Positions 14,609 through 28,550 of a stretch of 64,000 nt of DNA are shown here, one piece after another (within the stretch, counting starts at the first letter, position 1; each line of letters starts with the position of its first letter). Below the pieces are notes generated by a model. The model had not been told where the DNA came from, made no database searches, and was given only the letters and a program-made list of their open reading frames with translations. The DNA is from the human T2T-CHM13v2.0 reference genome, Homo sapiens. The stretch lies in NCBI RefSeq assembly GCF_009914755.1, contig NC_060936.1; one strand, given 5' to 3'. Both the position numbers and the translations under genes were made by a program.

Positions 14609-15522
14609 TGAGAACTCTGACTTTTTTTTTCTCTTGCCCAAATTCCTATCTAAGGGGCCTGGAGAGTCACACCTTAGAAACCATAAAATCTCATTAGACA
14701 GGCTTTATTAGCCATTTTTTAAAATTTTTTAACTTTTTTTTATTGTGATGGGGTCTCACTATATTGCCCAGGCTGGTCTCAAACTCCTGGGCTCAAGTGA
14801 CCTCCTGACTTGGCCACCCAAAGTGTTGGGATTACAGGTGTGAGCCCCCACACCTGGCTGAGTTTTATTAATCTTATATAATATGGCTTACTTTACAACC
14901 TGACTCAGATATAGCATCACATGACAGATAGCATACCCTGAAGGAAACCAAAATATTTTACCCCAAAATATATTTCTTTAACATATTTTGAAATGGCTGC
15001 CACAGGGCCAACAGATTGAAATGACTTTGCAAAGCCATCTTTTGTGGGGAAATTTTGCATCTGTAGAGAATCTCCATAAATGTAGCCAGGACTTTCCCCT
15101 TCTAGGTCTTTCCCTGATTAACTGAGAGTCTGACACCTTTAAAGTCTGAGAAGAGACATTCACCATCTATTCTCTCTGAGGGCTGCCACCTATAACGTTC
15201 ATCTACATCAGAACCTTGGCCTCCACAACCTCCTTATCTTAATTCAGGCTTTCCTTTCTACTGATTTCAAGGATTTAAATCAAGCTTTGTGATGTCACAC
15301 TTTTTGGGCCAATCCAACGTATACTTTCCACGTATTGATTTATGATTTTAACTGCAATTCCTGTCTCCCTGAAATGTCTAAAACCAAACTGTAACCTGAC
15401 TAGTTTAGGCTTCCTTTCTCAGTTCCTCTTGAGATTGTGCAACCTGGGATGAAGGTACTCACATCGGCTTGGAATAAACTTCTTTAAATATATTTTGGCA
15501 GAATTTGGTTTTGCCATTAACA
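14609..15522 (+). mobile_element. ERV1 MER4-group solo LTR
   Basis: ttcctatctaaggggcctggagagtcac...gaataaacttctttaaata...taaca; TSD tgag/taag. Confidence 0.8.
14712..14860 (-). mobile_element. Alu left monomer (FLAM/AluJ)
   Basis: Antisense monomer with T-rich tail. Confidence 0.85.
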
Positions 15523-15711
15523 TAAGTTTATAAGTGTAAAGTACTTAGGACATGTCTGTCACATACAGAACACTAAGTATTAGTGCTATTATTATTCCTA
15601 TCATTGTTAGTGTTCAGTTATTTCCAAGAAATGATACGAGCCTGATGGGCCATCAACATTGTCCTTGGGAGGGTGCAGCAGAAGGGGCTGGTTCTGCCTC
15701 TGCTCTGTTCA

Positions 15712-16426
15712 TGTTAGTGGTGGTGAATCTGTACGGTCTGTAGCAACCTCAATTCTTGCCCCTTCAGAAGAAAGAATTTGACCAAGGGGCATAAGACAAA
15801 GGGAGAGACCAGGGCAAGTTTTAGAGCAGGAGTGAAAGCTTATTAAAAAGTTTTAGAGCAGGAAAGAAAGGAAGTAAAGTACATTTGGGAGAGGGCCAAG
15901 TGGGTGACTTGAGAGATCCAAGTATCCTGCTTGACCTTTGACTTGGGGTTTTATACGTTGGCATGCTTCTGGAGTTTTGCATCTCTCCTCCCTTGATTTT
16001 TAACTTGGGGCAGGCCGTCCACATGCACAGTGGCCTCCCAACACTTGGGAGGGGCTGCATGTGCAGTGCGTTTACTGAAGTTGTGTGCACGCTCACTTGA
16101 GGCGTTTTCTCCTTATCAGTTGAGCATTCCCAGAGGAAGGTCATTTACCAATTAAACTCCATGATTTTGCCTCTTAGTGTCCATGCTTGAGCCCACTTGC
16201 CCAACTCCTGAGATCTTATTTGGAAGCGGCTGATCACGCACTTCAGGTGTTTTCCATCTATCAGGAGACTGCCAATAGGTCTATTGGGTGCTGTCTGTGA
16301 TAAATTATTATTTTAGAGAGACGTTTTAGCAACCACTCAACCATTACCTGATGGTTGCCTGACATTCCTGAGGGGAGGGAGCCCTCTCCTGCCATGCTCA
16401 TGTCTGCCTAACTGCCAACTTCAACA
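15712..16426 (-). mobile_element. MER51 solo LTR
   Basis: gcaacctcaattcttgcc..tcagaagaaagaatttgac...ttttagagcaggagtgaaag signature. Confidence 0.85.
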
Positions 16427-16609
16427 GTTTTAGTTTTTGTGGTTTACGCATGTGTCATTGTCCAGGCAACATTTTAAATTTCTTATTCTTGTGAACAAGG
16501 TACAGGGGCTTCCTTAAGTCTACCAAGTAGTTATTCATAGAAAGATGATTCAGAAGACTCAATTTTCTGAATTTACCTTTTATCTCTGCTTGTTAATAAT
16601 GACTCTATT

Positions 16610-16920
16610 ATATGCCGGTGAGGCTAGACAATGCTGCAGTAACAAATAAAGCCCTGGAGTCACAATGATGTATCAGAACAATTTTTTTTCCCCCTTCATA
16701 GAATGTCTAGGAAAGCTTTCCTCCATGCATTGACTCGGGGATCTAGGCTGTTTCCACCTTGTGGCTCATCAAAGGCTTTCATGGTCACAGCCAAATGAAA
16801 TGAGAGAAGTGGAGGGACTCTCCTAGTGAACTGCCTTTACCTACATTTACACACTCCTCCTCTGTTCAAAGTCCATTAGTCAGACTTGTCACATGGCTCC
16901 AACCACAGCAGGTGAGGAAG
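16610..16920. mobile_element. Old MaLR (MLT1J/K-like) fragment
   Basis: atgctgcagtaacaaataa...ccattagtcagacttgtcacatggc. Confidence 0.45.
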
Positions 16921-17089
16921 TAGGAGGAATACATGGATTTTCTCTTTCCAGCACCCTAATGGTCTCTACCTCAATGCACAAACCCAGCTTATGGCCCCAA
17001 GTGAAGAACTGCTAGTTGCTTTGTTAATCAAGTAATGAGAACCTTTTTCTTATTAATTATGGTCATGTATTTATTTGATTGAGACATAG

Positions 17090-17640
17090 TTAATTTATTC
17101 ACTCTTTCAATAAGTATTTGTTGAGTATTTCCTCTCTACCAGGCACCTGTGGGCCCTGGGGATATGTCAGTAAGTGAAACAGAACAAAACCACTTCCTTC
17201 ATAGAACTAGCATTCCAGTGGGAAATTGTGAAAGATAGATAATTAACCCCCAAAAATAAGAAAGCAATATATTAGGCGTTGATATGTGCAATGGAGAAAA
17301 TAAAACAGGGAAGAGGTTTCAAGATGCAAGTGTGTGTATCTGTGTGTTTGTGTGTATTGAGGGAGGAACTTAAAATAGGATGGTTAGTGAAGACCTTCTT
17401 GCAAAAGTGACATTTGAGTAGACGCTCAAAGGAGGCAGGAGAGCTCTGGGGTAAAAGCCGTCTGTGAAGGGGAAGAAGGGAGTGCAAAGGCCCTGAGGCA
17501 GGAGAGTGCCTGGCATGCTGAGGGCAGTGAGGATGTCAGTGCGTCTGAGGAGAGTGGTGGGATATGAGGTGAGGAAGGTGATGAGGATGTACGCACCCTG
17601 GAGGGCCTTGTAACCTGTTTAAGGATGTTGCTTTTACTCT
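17090..17640 (-). mobile_element. L2 LINE 3' fragment
   Basis: caataagtatttgttgagtatt...caggcac; gtgcaaaggccctgaggcaggagagtgcctggcatg. Confidence 0.8.
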
Positions 17641-18085
17641 TGCTTAAAAACCTCCAATTTTCTTCCCACTTCCCAACATACATACTGTACGTCTGTCAGT
17701 TCCCCTGCAGCAGTGGTTCTCAAATTTCAACTGGCATTAGAATCACCTAGAAGGTTAAAATCAGACTGCCGTGGTTTACCTCGCAGAGTTTCTGTGGTAG
17801 GGCCTGAGAATTTGCAATTCTAATTGGATCCCAGATGCTATGGTCTGAACGTGTGTGTCCCCTCAATTCATATGGTGAAACCTAATCCCCAGTGCAATGG
17901 TACAAGGAGGTGGGACTTTTGGGAGGTTATTAGGTCATGACAGCAGAGCCCTCATAAATGGAACTAGTGCCCTTATAAAAGAGGCTCCAGAGAGCTACCT
18001 GGCCCCTTCCACTGTGTAAGGTTGCAATAAGAAGGTGCCATCTATGAACCAGGAATAGGGCTCTCCCCAGAAGAGAGACCCCTAT

Positions 18086-18403
18086 TCCTCACTGCCCCTC
18101 AGGATGCCAGGCACTCTCCTGCCTCAGGGCCTTTGCAATCACTAATTCCCCATCTCAGACGGCTTTTACACCAGAGCTCTCCTGCCTCAGGGCCTTTGCA
18201 CTCACTAATTCCCCATCTCAGACGGCTTTTACCCCAGAGCTCTCCTGCCTCCTTTGGGCATCTACTCAAATGCCACTTTTGCAAGAAGGTCTTCACTAGC
18301 CATCCTGTTTTAAGTTCCTCCCTCAATACACACAAACACACAGATACACACACACTTGCATTTTGAACCAACAACCTTCTGTGTTTTATTTTCTCCATTG
18401 CAC
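18086..18403 (-). repeat. Inverted copy of 17286-17533 with internal 63-bp tandem duplication
   Basis: Direct reverse-complement alignment. Confidence 0.95.
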
Positions 18404-18418
18404 TTAACATGAAATCTA

Positions 18419-18720
18419 GCCGGGCACAGTGGCTCACGCCTGTAATCCTAGCACTTTGGGAGGCAGAGGTAGGCGGATCACTTGAGGTCAGAAGTTTGAG
18501 ACCAGCCTGCCCAACATGGTGAAACCTCATCTCTACTAAAAATACAAAAATTAGCTGGGCGTGGTGGCGGGCACTTGTAATCCCAACTACTGGGGAGGCT
18601 GAGTCAGGAAAATCGCTTGAACCCAGGAGGCAGAGGTGGCAGTGAGCCAAGATCACACCACTGCACTCCGGCCTGGGCAATAGAGTGAGACACTGTCTCA
18701 AAAAAATAAATAAGTAAATA
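18419..18720 (+). mobile_element. AluS
   Basis: Dimer; degenerate TSD atgaaatcta/atcaaatctg. Confidence 0.95.
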
Positions 18721-19079
18721 ATCAAATCTGCCAGTTTCTTATCTTGGACTTCGTAGTCTTCAGAACTATGAGAAATAGATATTGTTGTTTCAGCCACCCA
18801 GCTTATGGTATTTTCTTATAGCACCTGAGTGGACTAAGACACCAGGTGATGCTGATGCTACAGGGAACACACTTTGAGAACCACTGCTCTAGTGAAACAA
18901 GCCCCCTCTTGCTTTCCTACTTCCCCATGAAAACCTGCCCTGATTTTTGGACAAGGCCAGCTACATAATTTTTGAGGCTCAGTCAAAATGAAAATGCAAG
19001 GCCCCTGTTCAAAAAGGCAGGGGGAAAAAGGGCAGTATAAGATACTAAAATATCAAAATTATCCTTCTAAAATATTTTC

Positions 19080-19300
19080 TAGGTGGAGCATCCTTAATCC
19101 AAAAATCCAAAATAAATGTTTTAAAATCCAAAACTTTTTGAGCACTGATATGACACTCAAAATGCCCTAATGAGCATTTTAAATTTTAGGTATTCAGATT
19201 TGGGATGCTCAACCAGTAAGTATAATGCAAATATTCCAAAATCTGAAAAAAATCTGAAATTCAAAACACTTTTGGTCCCAAGCATTCCAGATAAGGTGTA
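19080..19300 (+). mobile_element. Tigger4/MER46 fragment
   Basis: aggtggagcatccttaatccaaaaatcc...gggatgctcaaccagtaagtataatgcaaatattcc. Confidence 0.85.
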
Positions 19301-19499
19301 TTTAATACACTACATCACTTAGAAAGTATAATGAGAGTAATAATGACACATGAATAACAACACAAATTTTTAAATAGCCAAAAAATATTTTTGGTGTTGT
19401 AAGTTTATATAACACAATACATAATAGTATCTTATATTAACGTGACATTATAATTAATCTGGCTTGCTTTGCTGCATATTCATTAATTTCTGATGTGTT

Positions 19500-20560
<1,061 letters not shown>

Positions 20561-21229
20561 GCAGTTCCTGTCGCAGTGCTTAGACTGGAGAGTTAATATT
20601 TATGCAGATGCTGCAGGAACAGGCTCTGGGGACAGACTCTCCTGGGGCTGCCCCTCCGTGGAACCCCAGTGCTGCTCCTCTCTGCCACAGCCACTACTTC
20701 TGCTACTTCCATGCATCTGCTGCTTCTGCTACTACTGCTATCACCACCAATGTAGGCCCCGGTCCCAGCCCAGCTGCCCCCTCAGATACCCCTGGTGCCC
20801 AGGACAGCCCCAGGTATGCCCGTGCATACCAGATGGCCAGGCCAACTCCTGGTGCTGCCCTTTGCCATGCCTGTAGGCATGAGCCTGCACGTGTACACTA
20901 ACACCTGGAATCTCCTCTGCTCCATGCATGCTCTATTGTCTGATCTGACTTCACAACACAAGGTCAAAAATAAAATTGTCAAGAATTTCAAGACAGTAAC
21001 AGCAGAACATTAAACCAAGCATGGGATTCCTTCTGAGAGTAGGCCCTGTGTGCACAGGTTGCACACCCATGAAGCTGGTCCTGCTTTGGATTAAGTGATT
21101 TACCATAACTTTTGCCCATGTACCTCTTATATTATTTTCTAACAATGTGTTACACTAAATTGTTTAAGGTCTATTTTCTCCACTAAATCAGAGGTCAGCA
21201 AACTATGGCCCAATGGCTAAATCCAGCCA

Positions 21230-21935
21230 TTTGTTATTTTTTAAATTGTTTATATTTAGGGTGTACAACATGATGGATTTTGTTGTTGTTGTTTGTTTGT
21301 TTGTTTGTTTGTTTGTTTTTGAGACAGGGTCTCACTCTGTTGCCCAGGCTGGAGTGCAGTGGTGCTATCTCTGCTCACTGCAACCTCCGCTTCCTGGGTT
21401 CAAGTGATTCCCATGCCTCAGTCACCTGAGTAGCTGGGATTACAGGGGTGTACCACCACGCCTGGCTAATTTTTGCATTTTTAGTAGAGATAGAGTAATC
21501 ACTATGTTGGCCAGGCTGGTCTTGAACTTCTGGCCTTGTGTTATCCACCCACCTTGGCCTCCCAAAGTGTTGTGATTACGGGTGTGAGTCACTGAGCCCA
21601 GCCAACATGATGTTTTGGTAAACATATACATGGTGAACAATACATGATATACACATACATTATTACTGTCAAGCAAATTAACATACCCATCATCTCATAT
21701 AGTTACCTTTCTTTTTGTGTGATAAGAGTCTCCAAAATCTACTCTCTTAGCAAATTTCCAATATACAATACAATATTAACTATAGTCTTCATGTTCCACA
21801 TGAGATTTCTAGATTTATTCTCCTATAGGAACCACAACTTTGTACTCTTTGACCTACATCTTTCCATTTCCCTTATTCACCCCTTCCCGTGGTCACCACA
21901 ATTTACTCTTTGCTTTTATGTATTTAACTTTTTGT
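21230..21935 (-). mobile_element. L1MA-type 3' UTR fragment
   Basis: gggtgtacaacatgatg...aaatctactctcttagcaaatttccaatatacaatac. Confidence 0.85.
21278..21603 (-). mobile_element. AluS within L1
   Basis: Antisense dimer with (TTTG)n tail; TSD caacatgatg. Confidence 0.93.
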
Positions 21936-22109
21936 TTCTGCCTGTTTTGTAATAAAGTTTTATTGAAACACATGCACACTCATTTGTTTACATATTGTCT
22001 ATGGCTGCTTTCAACGGCAGGTTTGAGTAGTGTGACAAGGAATGTTTGGCCTACAGAGCCTATAACATTTGCTGCCTGGTCATTTATAGAATAAGTTTGT
22101 TAATGCCTG

Positions 22110-22260
22110 CATTGGACTATAGGATCCCTGAAGGCAGGAATTATATCTCTCCAGTTCACTTCTGTGTTCCCAATGCCTAGAGCAGGGCCTGGCATATAGT
22201 AAATGCTCAATCAACCCTTGCTAAAAAAAAAAAAAAAAAGAATGAAACAAAAACATGAAT
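22110..22260 (+). mobile_element. L2 3' end
   Basis: cctagagcagggcctggcatatagtaaatgctcaat. Confidence 0.75.
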
Positions 22261-22796
22261 ATATGAAGAGCCTAGCCTTTTTTGAAGTAACTCATTTTAT
22301 CTTAAAGAAAATCATCTTTGGCTAGAGTCACAGAGTAGAAAAAAAAGTAAAAGAAAATCCTGTAAATTTTGATTCCTTTTCTGTTTTGTTTTCACGTAAA
22401 AATGATGTTTAAAATTACTTACCTTATGGTCAAATTGACTCTCCAGGGAAATCGAAGGTGATTGTCTTGTAGCTTGGCACGCCCTCTGGCACACACTCCA
22501 GTCTGGAGAGGCACAGGCGTTGAATAGAATAGAATAGCATTCATCATTCAACAACTATTTATTGAGCAAAGCATGGGGCTAGGCATGATAACAGAAATGA
22601 CAATGATTCCACTATGTCTTACTCAATAGACCTGTAGAGCCTACAGACCAAAGAAAAAAAGACTCACAAATATATATACTCATATATAACTATACCATAA
22701 AAAGTGTTAAGTAAAAAGGAAAATGTCTGGATGAAGTGCTTTGAATTTTCAGAGCCAGGACGGATTCCTTTTGGCTGCAGAATCCAGAAAGGCTTT

Positions 22797-22990
22797 GTGC
22801 CAGTCATTCTCTATTTGGTCTCAGATCCGATCCCTGCTCTTCTGCGTTGCTTTGCACCACAAGATGCTGGCCCCTGCAAACTACATTTCCGTGGCTGCCC
22901 TGCCAACTGGCTCTATCTAGGCTCTGTCAGTGGGAGGCCATGGAAAGAGATCGGAGGACTGGACAAAGAGAGGAGAAGTGCCACGGCTCC
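22797..22990 (+). mobile_element. ERVL LTR33-like fragment
   Basis: tgtgccag...ctcagatcc...ctgcaaactacatttcc...gggaggccatggaaagagatcggagg. Confidence 0.5.
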
Positions 22991-23029
22991 TTTCTTTCGC
23001 GTGCTCCAGAGAGAGGAGCCATGGTATTT

Positions 23030-23175
23030 CTCCTCTCTCTCTGAACCTCAGTTTTCTCACTTTTCCAATGGAAAAAGCAATTGTGTCTATTTCTTGGGGT
23101 TTTTTTAAGAGAATGAAATGAGATAAGGCATGCAAAATGCTTAGCACAATACCTGATAAGTAATAAGCATTTAAA
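23030..23175 (+). mobile_element. MIR fragment
   Basis: ctctctgaacctcagttttctcac...gcttagcacaatacctg. Confidence 0.75.
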
Positions 23176-23182
23176 GAATACA

Positions 23183-23490
23183 GGCTGGGTGCAGTGGCTC
23201 ACACCTGTAATCCCAGCACTTTGGGAGGCCAAGGCAAGTGGATCAGTTGAGTCAAATAGTTCGAGACCAGCCTGGGCAACATGACGAAACCCCACCTCTA
23301 CCAAAATACAAAAATTAGCCCTGCGTGGTGGTACATGCTTGTAGACCCAGCTGCTTGGGAGGCTGAGGTGAGAGGACTGCTAGAACCCTGGAGGCAGAGG
23401 TTACAGTGAGCCGAGATCGCGTCATGCACTCCAGCCTGGGTGACAGAGTGAGACCCCATCTCAAATAAATACATAAATAAATAAATAAAA
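23183..23490 (+). mobile_element. Alu (J/S)
   Basis: Dimer with (TAAA)n tail. Confidence 0.93.
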
Positions 23491-24407
23491 TACAGAATAG
23501 AGCTGTTCTTGCTTTTGGGCTTGTTCAGGGAAGTGGGAAGGAGTGCAGTGATCGGTGATGTCTGCTAAAGGTGAAAGGTGAGAGAGTAGAGCTATGTGCG
23601 AGGAATATTTAGTAATGTATATTAAAACTGTATTGATATAAACAGTTAACTGATATTAATATATTAAAACTGTATTATAAAGATAGAACTGAAGGGACCT
23701 GGCAAATGGACTGGCAGACTCTAGAAAGGGATTAGGAAAAATCAAAGACCTGGAATGGTGATACCAAAGCACACACAGTCAATACACAAGAACCAGTAGG
23801 CTCAGGAGAACAGATTATGAATTTACTTTTAGACAATGGTGTGCAAACCTTTCCAGTTGCAAAAAAAAAAAATGCCTACAGTAATACCTTCAAGACACTT
23901 TAACAGGTGGGGATTTTTGTTAGAGATATAAATATATGCAGTGAGTTAGCAAAACAAAAACAAAAACAAAACATTTCAGCAGCTGCACATTCTGGCCTCA
24001 TGGAGAACTGGAAAACTATCCAGGAAACCACAGCAACTGCAGTTCCTAGAGCCTGGCCTCCTCTGAAGAGGAGAAACCATTGTTTTTTACTTAGCAGTTC
24101 TACCTTGCCCAAGGTGCCTTCTGTTTACAATCTCCCTCTTTCTGGTTTTCCCTTTCTTGCCTCTGTGTCTGTGGCTGGATTATCTGTCTTGCATTCAAGA
24201 TGATTAGGTGGGATATTTACCACCCAATATGAAGCTTCCCAACTGGGCTGCATCCTCAGGTTAGATGCCCTGGGCTCAGCATAGCAGTTGTGGTCAGCAC
24301 AGCAGATTCACCTGAAACAACGCAAAGACCCACCTTTCTCAGAAGGAGCTGCGTAATCAGTAGGTTTTATAGCCAGACTGGTGAAGACAGGGTGAATTAG
24401 AGATGTC

Positions 24408-24780
<373 letters not shown>

Positions 24781-25679
24781 TGAGGGAATATTGAGGATAC
24801 CTAATTACTTTTGATATTCTACATTTCATATGGATTTGCTCATATAAGATCAATATCTGTCCAAGGTTTAGGGCAGAGCAGGCAGAAGTTATTTCTGGTA
24901 AAGATAATTATTTCAATGAGACCCCAAAACTTAGATGATTTGCAGAGGGAGGAATTTTATTACTGTCCCTTATAAGGACGTAACTAGTTTCTTAGAAGAA
25001 CAACTTTGAGATTGGTTTGGAAGTGGGAATGTGGTGAGGTTAAGATTTCTTTACTGCATTGAGAGTAAAATATTCTACAGCTCAGGAAAACAAACAGAAC
25101 AGCCCAACCCTCTGTGATTCTTCCCAGAACTCTTCTCATCCATCATCCCTCTTGATACTGAAGAAACCCAGAGCTTGCAACACACATATTCCAAAGATAA
25201 GTTGATACAAGCTCACTTATGTGAATTTCTTTAAAAATGAAGAGAGAGAAAAAAGTGGAGAGACAGAAGACAAAAAAAATACACAAAATTAAAAATAGCT
25301 AATATTTGGAAAATCTATTATTGATGGAGCTCTAAGGGGCAGATGAATCCTTATTCTTCAAATTCCAGGTGAGGAAAAAACAGAACAATTGTTTATGCAG
25401 CTGTACCCAAGAGGTGGTATGTGCACTTTTCCTCTAACTCTTAACAGAGAAACACCACAGCACTCAAAATCCTCTTTTAGAATAATTTGAATTAAAAATA
25501 AAGAATTTCACAAATATCACTGAAGAAGTAGAAATTTTTAAATAAAAGAAAAATAGCCAGTATCTTATTATCCTCTAATTCTGCCCCCTTATTTTGTAAG
25601 TACATTTATAATTCTAATTCACATGCATATGCAATTTTTATGTAATTGTCATCAGAAGCCCTTGGGCTCACTACGCAGA

Positions 25680-25870
25680 CCTTCTGAGTCTGAATGCTGT
25701 CTCAGCACTTGGCATCTATGTGATTTGGCCGGTTACATAAACTCTCTGGGCCTCAGTTTTCTCATCTGAGAAGTAGGTATAATAATAATAATACCTACTT
25801 GAGGATTAAATGAGACAACATCTATAGAGTGCCTAGTTCAATGCCTGGCACATGCTCAGTCAATGGTAAT
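25680..25870 (+). mobile_element. MIR
   Basis: ctctctgggcctcagttttctcatctg...aatacctacttgaggattaaatgag. Confidence 0.8.
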
Positions 25871-26262
25871 CACTCATTGTCCATCGTTAAAATCAGGGAG
25901 CTTTGTAAGCCAGACTGGTTGGACAGGAGAGCTTAGCAGTTAAAGTGTGTTTGCTCCCTATTTTTTCCCTCCCCACAATGATGCAATCCTGTATCTCTTT
26001 CCTCTGGCTGCCCGGCCCCACCCAAACCAAGATAAAAGATGTAACACACACAACAAACATTACGTGAGCACCTGATACGTGCTGGAAGGGCCCTATGAGG
26101 ACTTGGGGAAATAAAATCCTGCTGCTAGCTGCTGCTGTAAACACATTGCCATGCCCCAATGCCATGTTGAGCACCTCATATGCATAATCTAAACCAGCAC
26201 CCATAAATGTGGCCATAGTGACTCTCATGCAGTTGAGGAAGCCATTTCTCAGGAAGGTTACA

Positions 26263-26660
26263 GTTATGGGCTGAAGTATGTTCCCCCCAAATTCATATAT
26301 TGAAGCCCTAACTCCCAGTACCTCAGAATGTGACTGTATTCAGAGACAGGGCCTTTGAAGAGATGCTTAAGTTAAAATGAGACCATTAGGGTGGGCCCTC
26401 ATTCAATCTTCTTATGGTGTCCTTACTGATGTCCTTATAAGAAGAGGAAATGTGGACACCAGGGATGCACACACACAAAGAAAAGACCATGGGAGGGCAC
26501 AGCAAAAGGGTAGCCATCCGCAAGTCAAGAAGAGAGGCTCAGAAGAAACCAACCCTGCCAACACCTTGCTCTTGGACTTTTAGCCTCCAGGACTGCAGTT
26601 TAAGCCACCCAGTCTGTGATATTTTGTTATGGCAGCCCCAGAAAACCATTATAGTTATAT
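26263..26660 (+). mobile_element. MLT1B-type MaLR LTR
   Basis: gttatgggctgaa...cccagtacctcagaatgtgactgtatt...ttgttatggcagccc. Confidence 0.85.
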
Positions 26661-26682
26661 AACGTTTAAAAGCTTAGAAGGG

Positions 26683-28550
26683 ATTCAGCCTTAAAAAAGA
26701 AGGAAATTCTGACACATGCTACAACATGGATGAACCTTGAAGACATTATGCTAAGTGAAATTCTAAGCAAAAGAACAAAGCCAGCTTCAAACTATACTTA
26801 AAACCCAATTTCAAAGTATGCTATAAGGCTACTGGAACCAAAACAGCATGGCACTGGTCCAAAAACAGACACATAGAGCAATGGAACCGAATAGAGAGCC
26901 CAGAAATAAAGCCACACACCTACAGCCATCTGGTCTTTGACAAAGTCAACAAAAACAAGCAATGGGGAATGGACCCCTATTCAATAAATGGTGCTAGGCT
27001 AACAGGCTAGCCATATGGAGAAGATTGAAACTGGGCCCCTACCTTTCACCATGTACAAAAATTAACTCAAGATGGATTAAAGACGGAAATGTAAGACCTA
27101 AAATGATAAAAATCCTACAAGAAAACCTAGGAAATACCATTCTAAACACTGGCCTTGGAAAATAATTTTTAGCTAAGCACTCAAAAGCAATTGTGACAAA
27201 AACAGCTTGACAAGTGGGAGCTAATTAAACTAAAGAGCTTCTGCACAGCAAAAGAAACTATCAACAGAGTAACCAGACAACCTACAGAATGGGAGAAAAT
27301 GTTCACAAACTAGGCATCTGACAAAAATCTAATATCCAGAATCTATAAAGAACTTAAATCAATAAGCAAAAAACAATTAACTCCATTAAAAAGTGGATAA
27401 ATGACATGAACAGGCACTTCTCAAAAGCAGACATACAAGTGGCCAATAAACATATGAAAAAATACTCAACACCACTAATCATCAGAGAAATGCAAATCCA
27501 AGCCAAAGGAAATACCATCTCATACCAGTCAGAATGGCTATTTCTAAAAAGTCAAAAAGATAACAGATGTTGCTGAGGCTGTGGAGAAAAGGGAACAATT
27601 ATACACTGTTGGTGGGAATGTAAAGTAGTTCAGCCATTGTGGAAAGCAGTTTGGAGATTTCTCCAAGGGCTAAAAATAGAATTACCATTCAACCCAGCAA
27701 TCTCATTACAGGGCATATACACAAAGGAAAATAAATTGTTCTACCAAAAAGACACATGAACTTATATGTTCATCACAGCACTATTCACAATAGCAAAGAC
27801 ATGTAATCAACCTAGATGCCCATCAATGGCGGATTGGATAAAGAAAATGTGGTACATATACACCATGGAATACAACATAGCCATAAAAAGAATGAAATCA
27901 TGTCCTTTGCAGCAACATGGATGTAGCTGGAGGTCCTTATCCTAAGCGAAGTAATACAGAAACAGGAAACCAAATACTGCATGTTCTCACGTATAAGCGG
28001 GAACTAGACATTGGAAACACATGGTCATAAAGATGGAAACAAGAGACACTGCGGACTGCCAGAAGGGGAGGGCAAGGAGGGGCAGAGGGTTAAAAAACCA
28101 CCTTTTGAGTATTATGCTCACTACCTGGGTAATAGGCTCATTCATACCCCAAATCTCAGATTCATGCAACTTAGACATACCCATGTAGCAAACCTGCACA
28201 TGTACCCCCTGAATCTAAAATGAAAGCTGAAATGAGAAAAAAGAAGACATGCTAGTAAAATAAGCCACTCACAACAGACAAATTCTCTAGTCCACTCATA
28301 TGAGGTACCTAGAGTAGTCCAATTCTTAGAGACAGAAAGTCCAATGGTGGTTGCCAGGGTCTGGAGGGGAGGGAGGAATGGGAAATTATTATTGGAGAGA
28401 CACAGTGTTTCAGTTTTGCAAGACGGAAAGTGTTCTGGAGGTAGATGGTGAGGGCGGTTGCCCAACAATGTGAACGCCTCTGAACTGTACCCTTAAAAAT
28501 GGTTAAAATGGTAAGTTGTATGTTGCCTGTATTTTATGCAATTAAAAATT
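26683..28550 (+). mobile_element. L1MB-type 3' end, split by a younger L1 (26683-26761 and 28243-28550)
   Basis: aggaaattctgacacatgctacaacatggatgaaccttgaagacattatgctaagtgaaa...ataagccactcacaacagacaaa. Confidence 0.8.
26762..28242 (+). mobile_element. 5'-truncated primate L1 (L1PA15/16 or L1PB-like): ORF2 C-terminal remnant and 3' UTR
   Basis: ctaagcaaaagaacaaagc...agaaatgcaaatc...aaacctgcacatgtaccccctgaatctaaaa; degenerate ~20-bp TSD gaagacat(tat)gcta(a)gtraaat. Confidence 0.9.

Larger units (their letters stand above)
17836..18841 (+). mobile_element. MLT1A-type MaLR LTR, interrupted by an inverted insertion and an Alu
   Basis: tgctatggtctgaacgtgtgtgtcccc...ggactaagaca; TSD ccaga/ccagg. 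Confidence 0.85.
17711..18886 (+). mobile_element. MER5A split by MLT1A (17711-17835 and 18842-18886)
   Basis: cagtggttctcaaa...tagaatcacct / ggtgatgctgatgct...ctttgagaaccactg. Confidence 0.85.
21189..22109 (+). mobile_element. MER58A split by an L1 3' end
   Basis: cagaggtcagcaaactatggccc.../aataaagttttattgaaacac...aagtttgttaatgcctg. Confidence 0.8.

Noticed and set aside
18099-18797. Longest ORF (232 aa, minus strand)
   Set aside because: Chimera of MLT1A, antisense Alu translation and the duplicated L2 segment; its repeated peptide simply reflects the 63-bp duplication
26762-28242. L1 ORF2 as a CDS
   Set aside because: 5'-truncated and disrupted by stops and frameshifts
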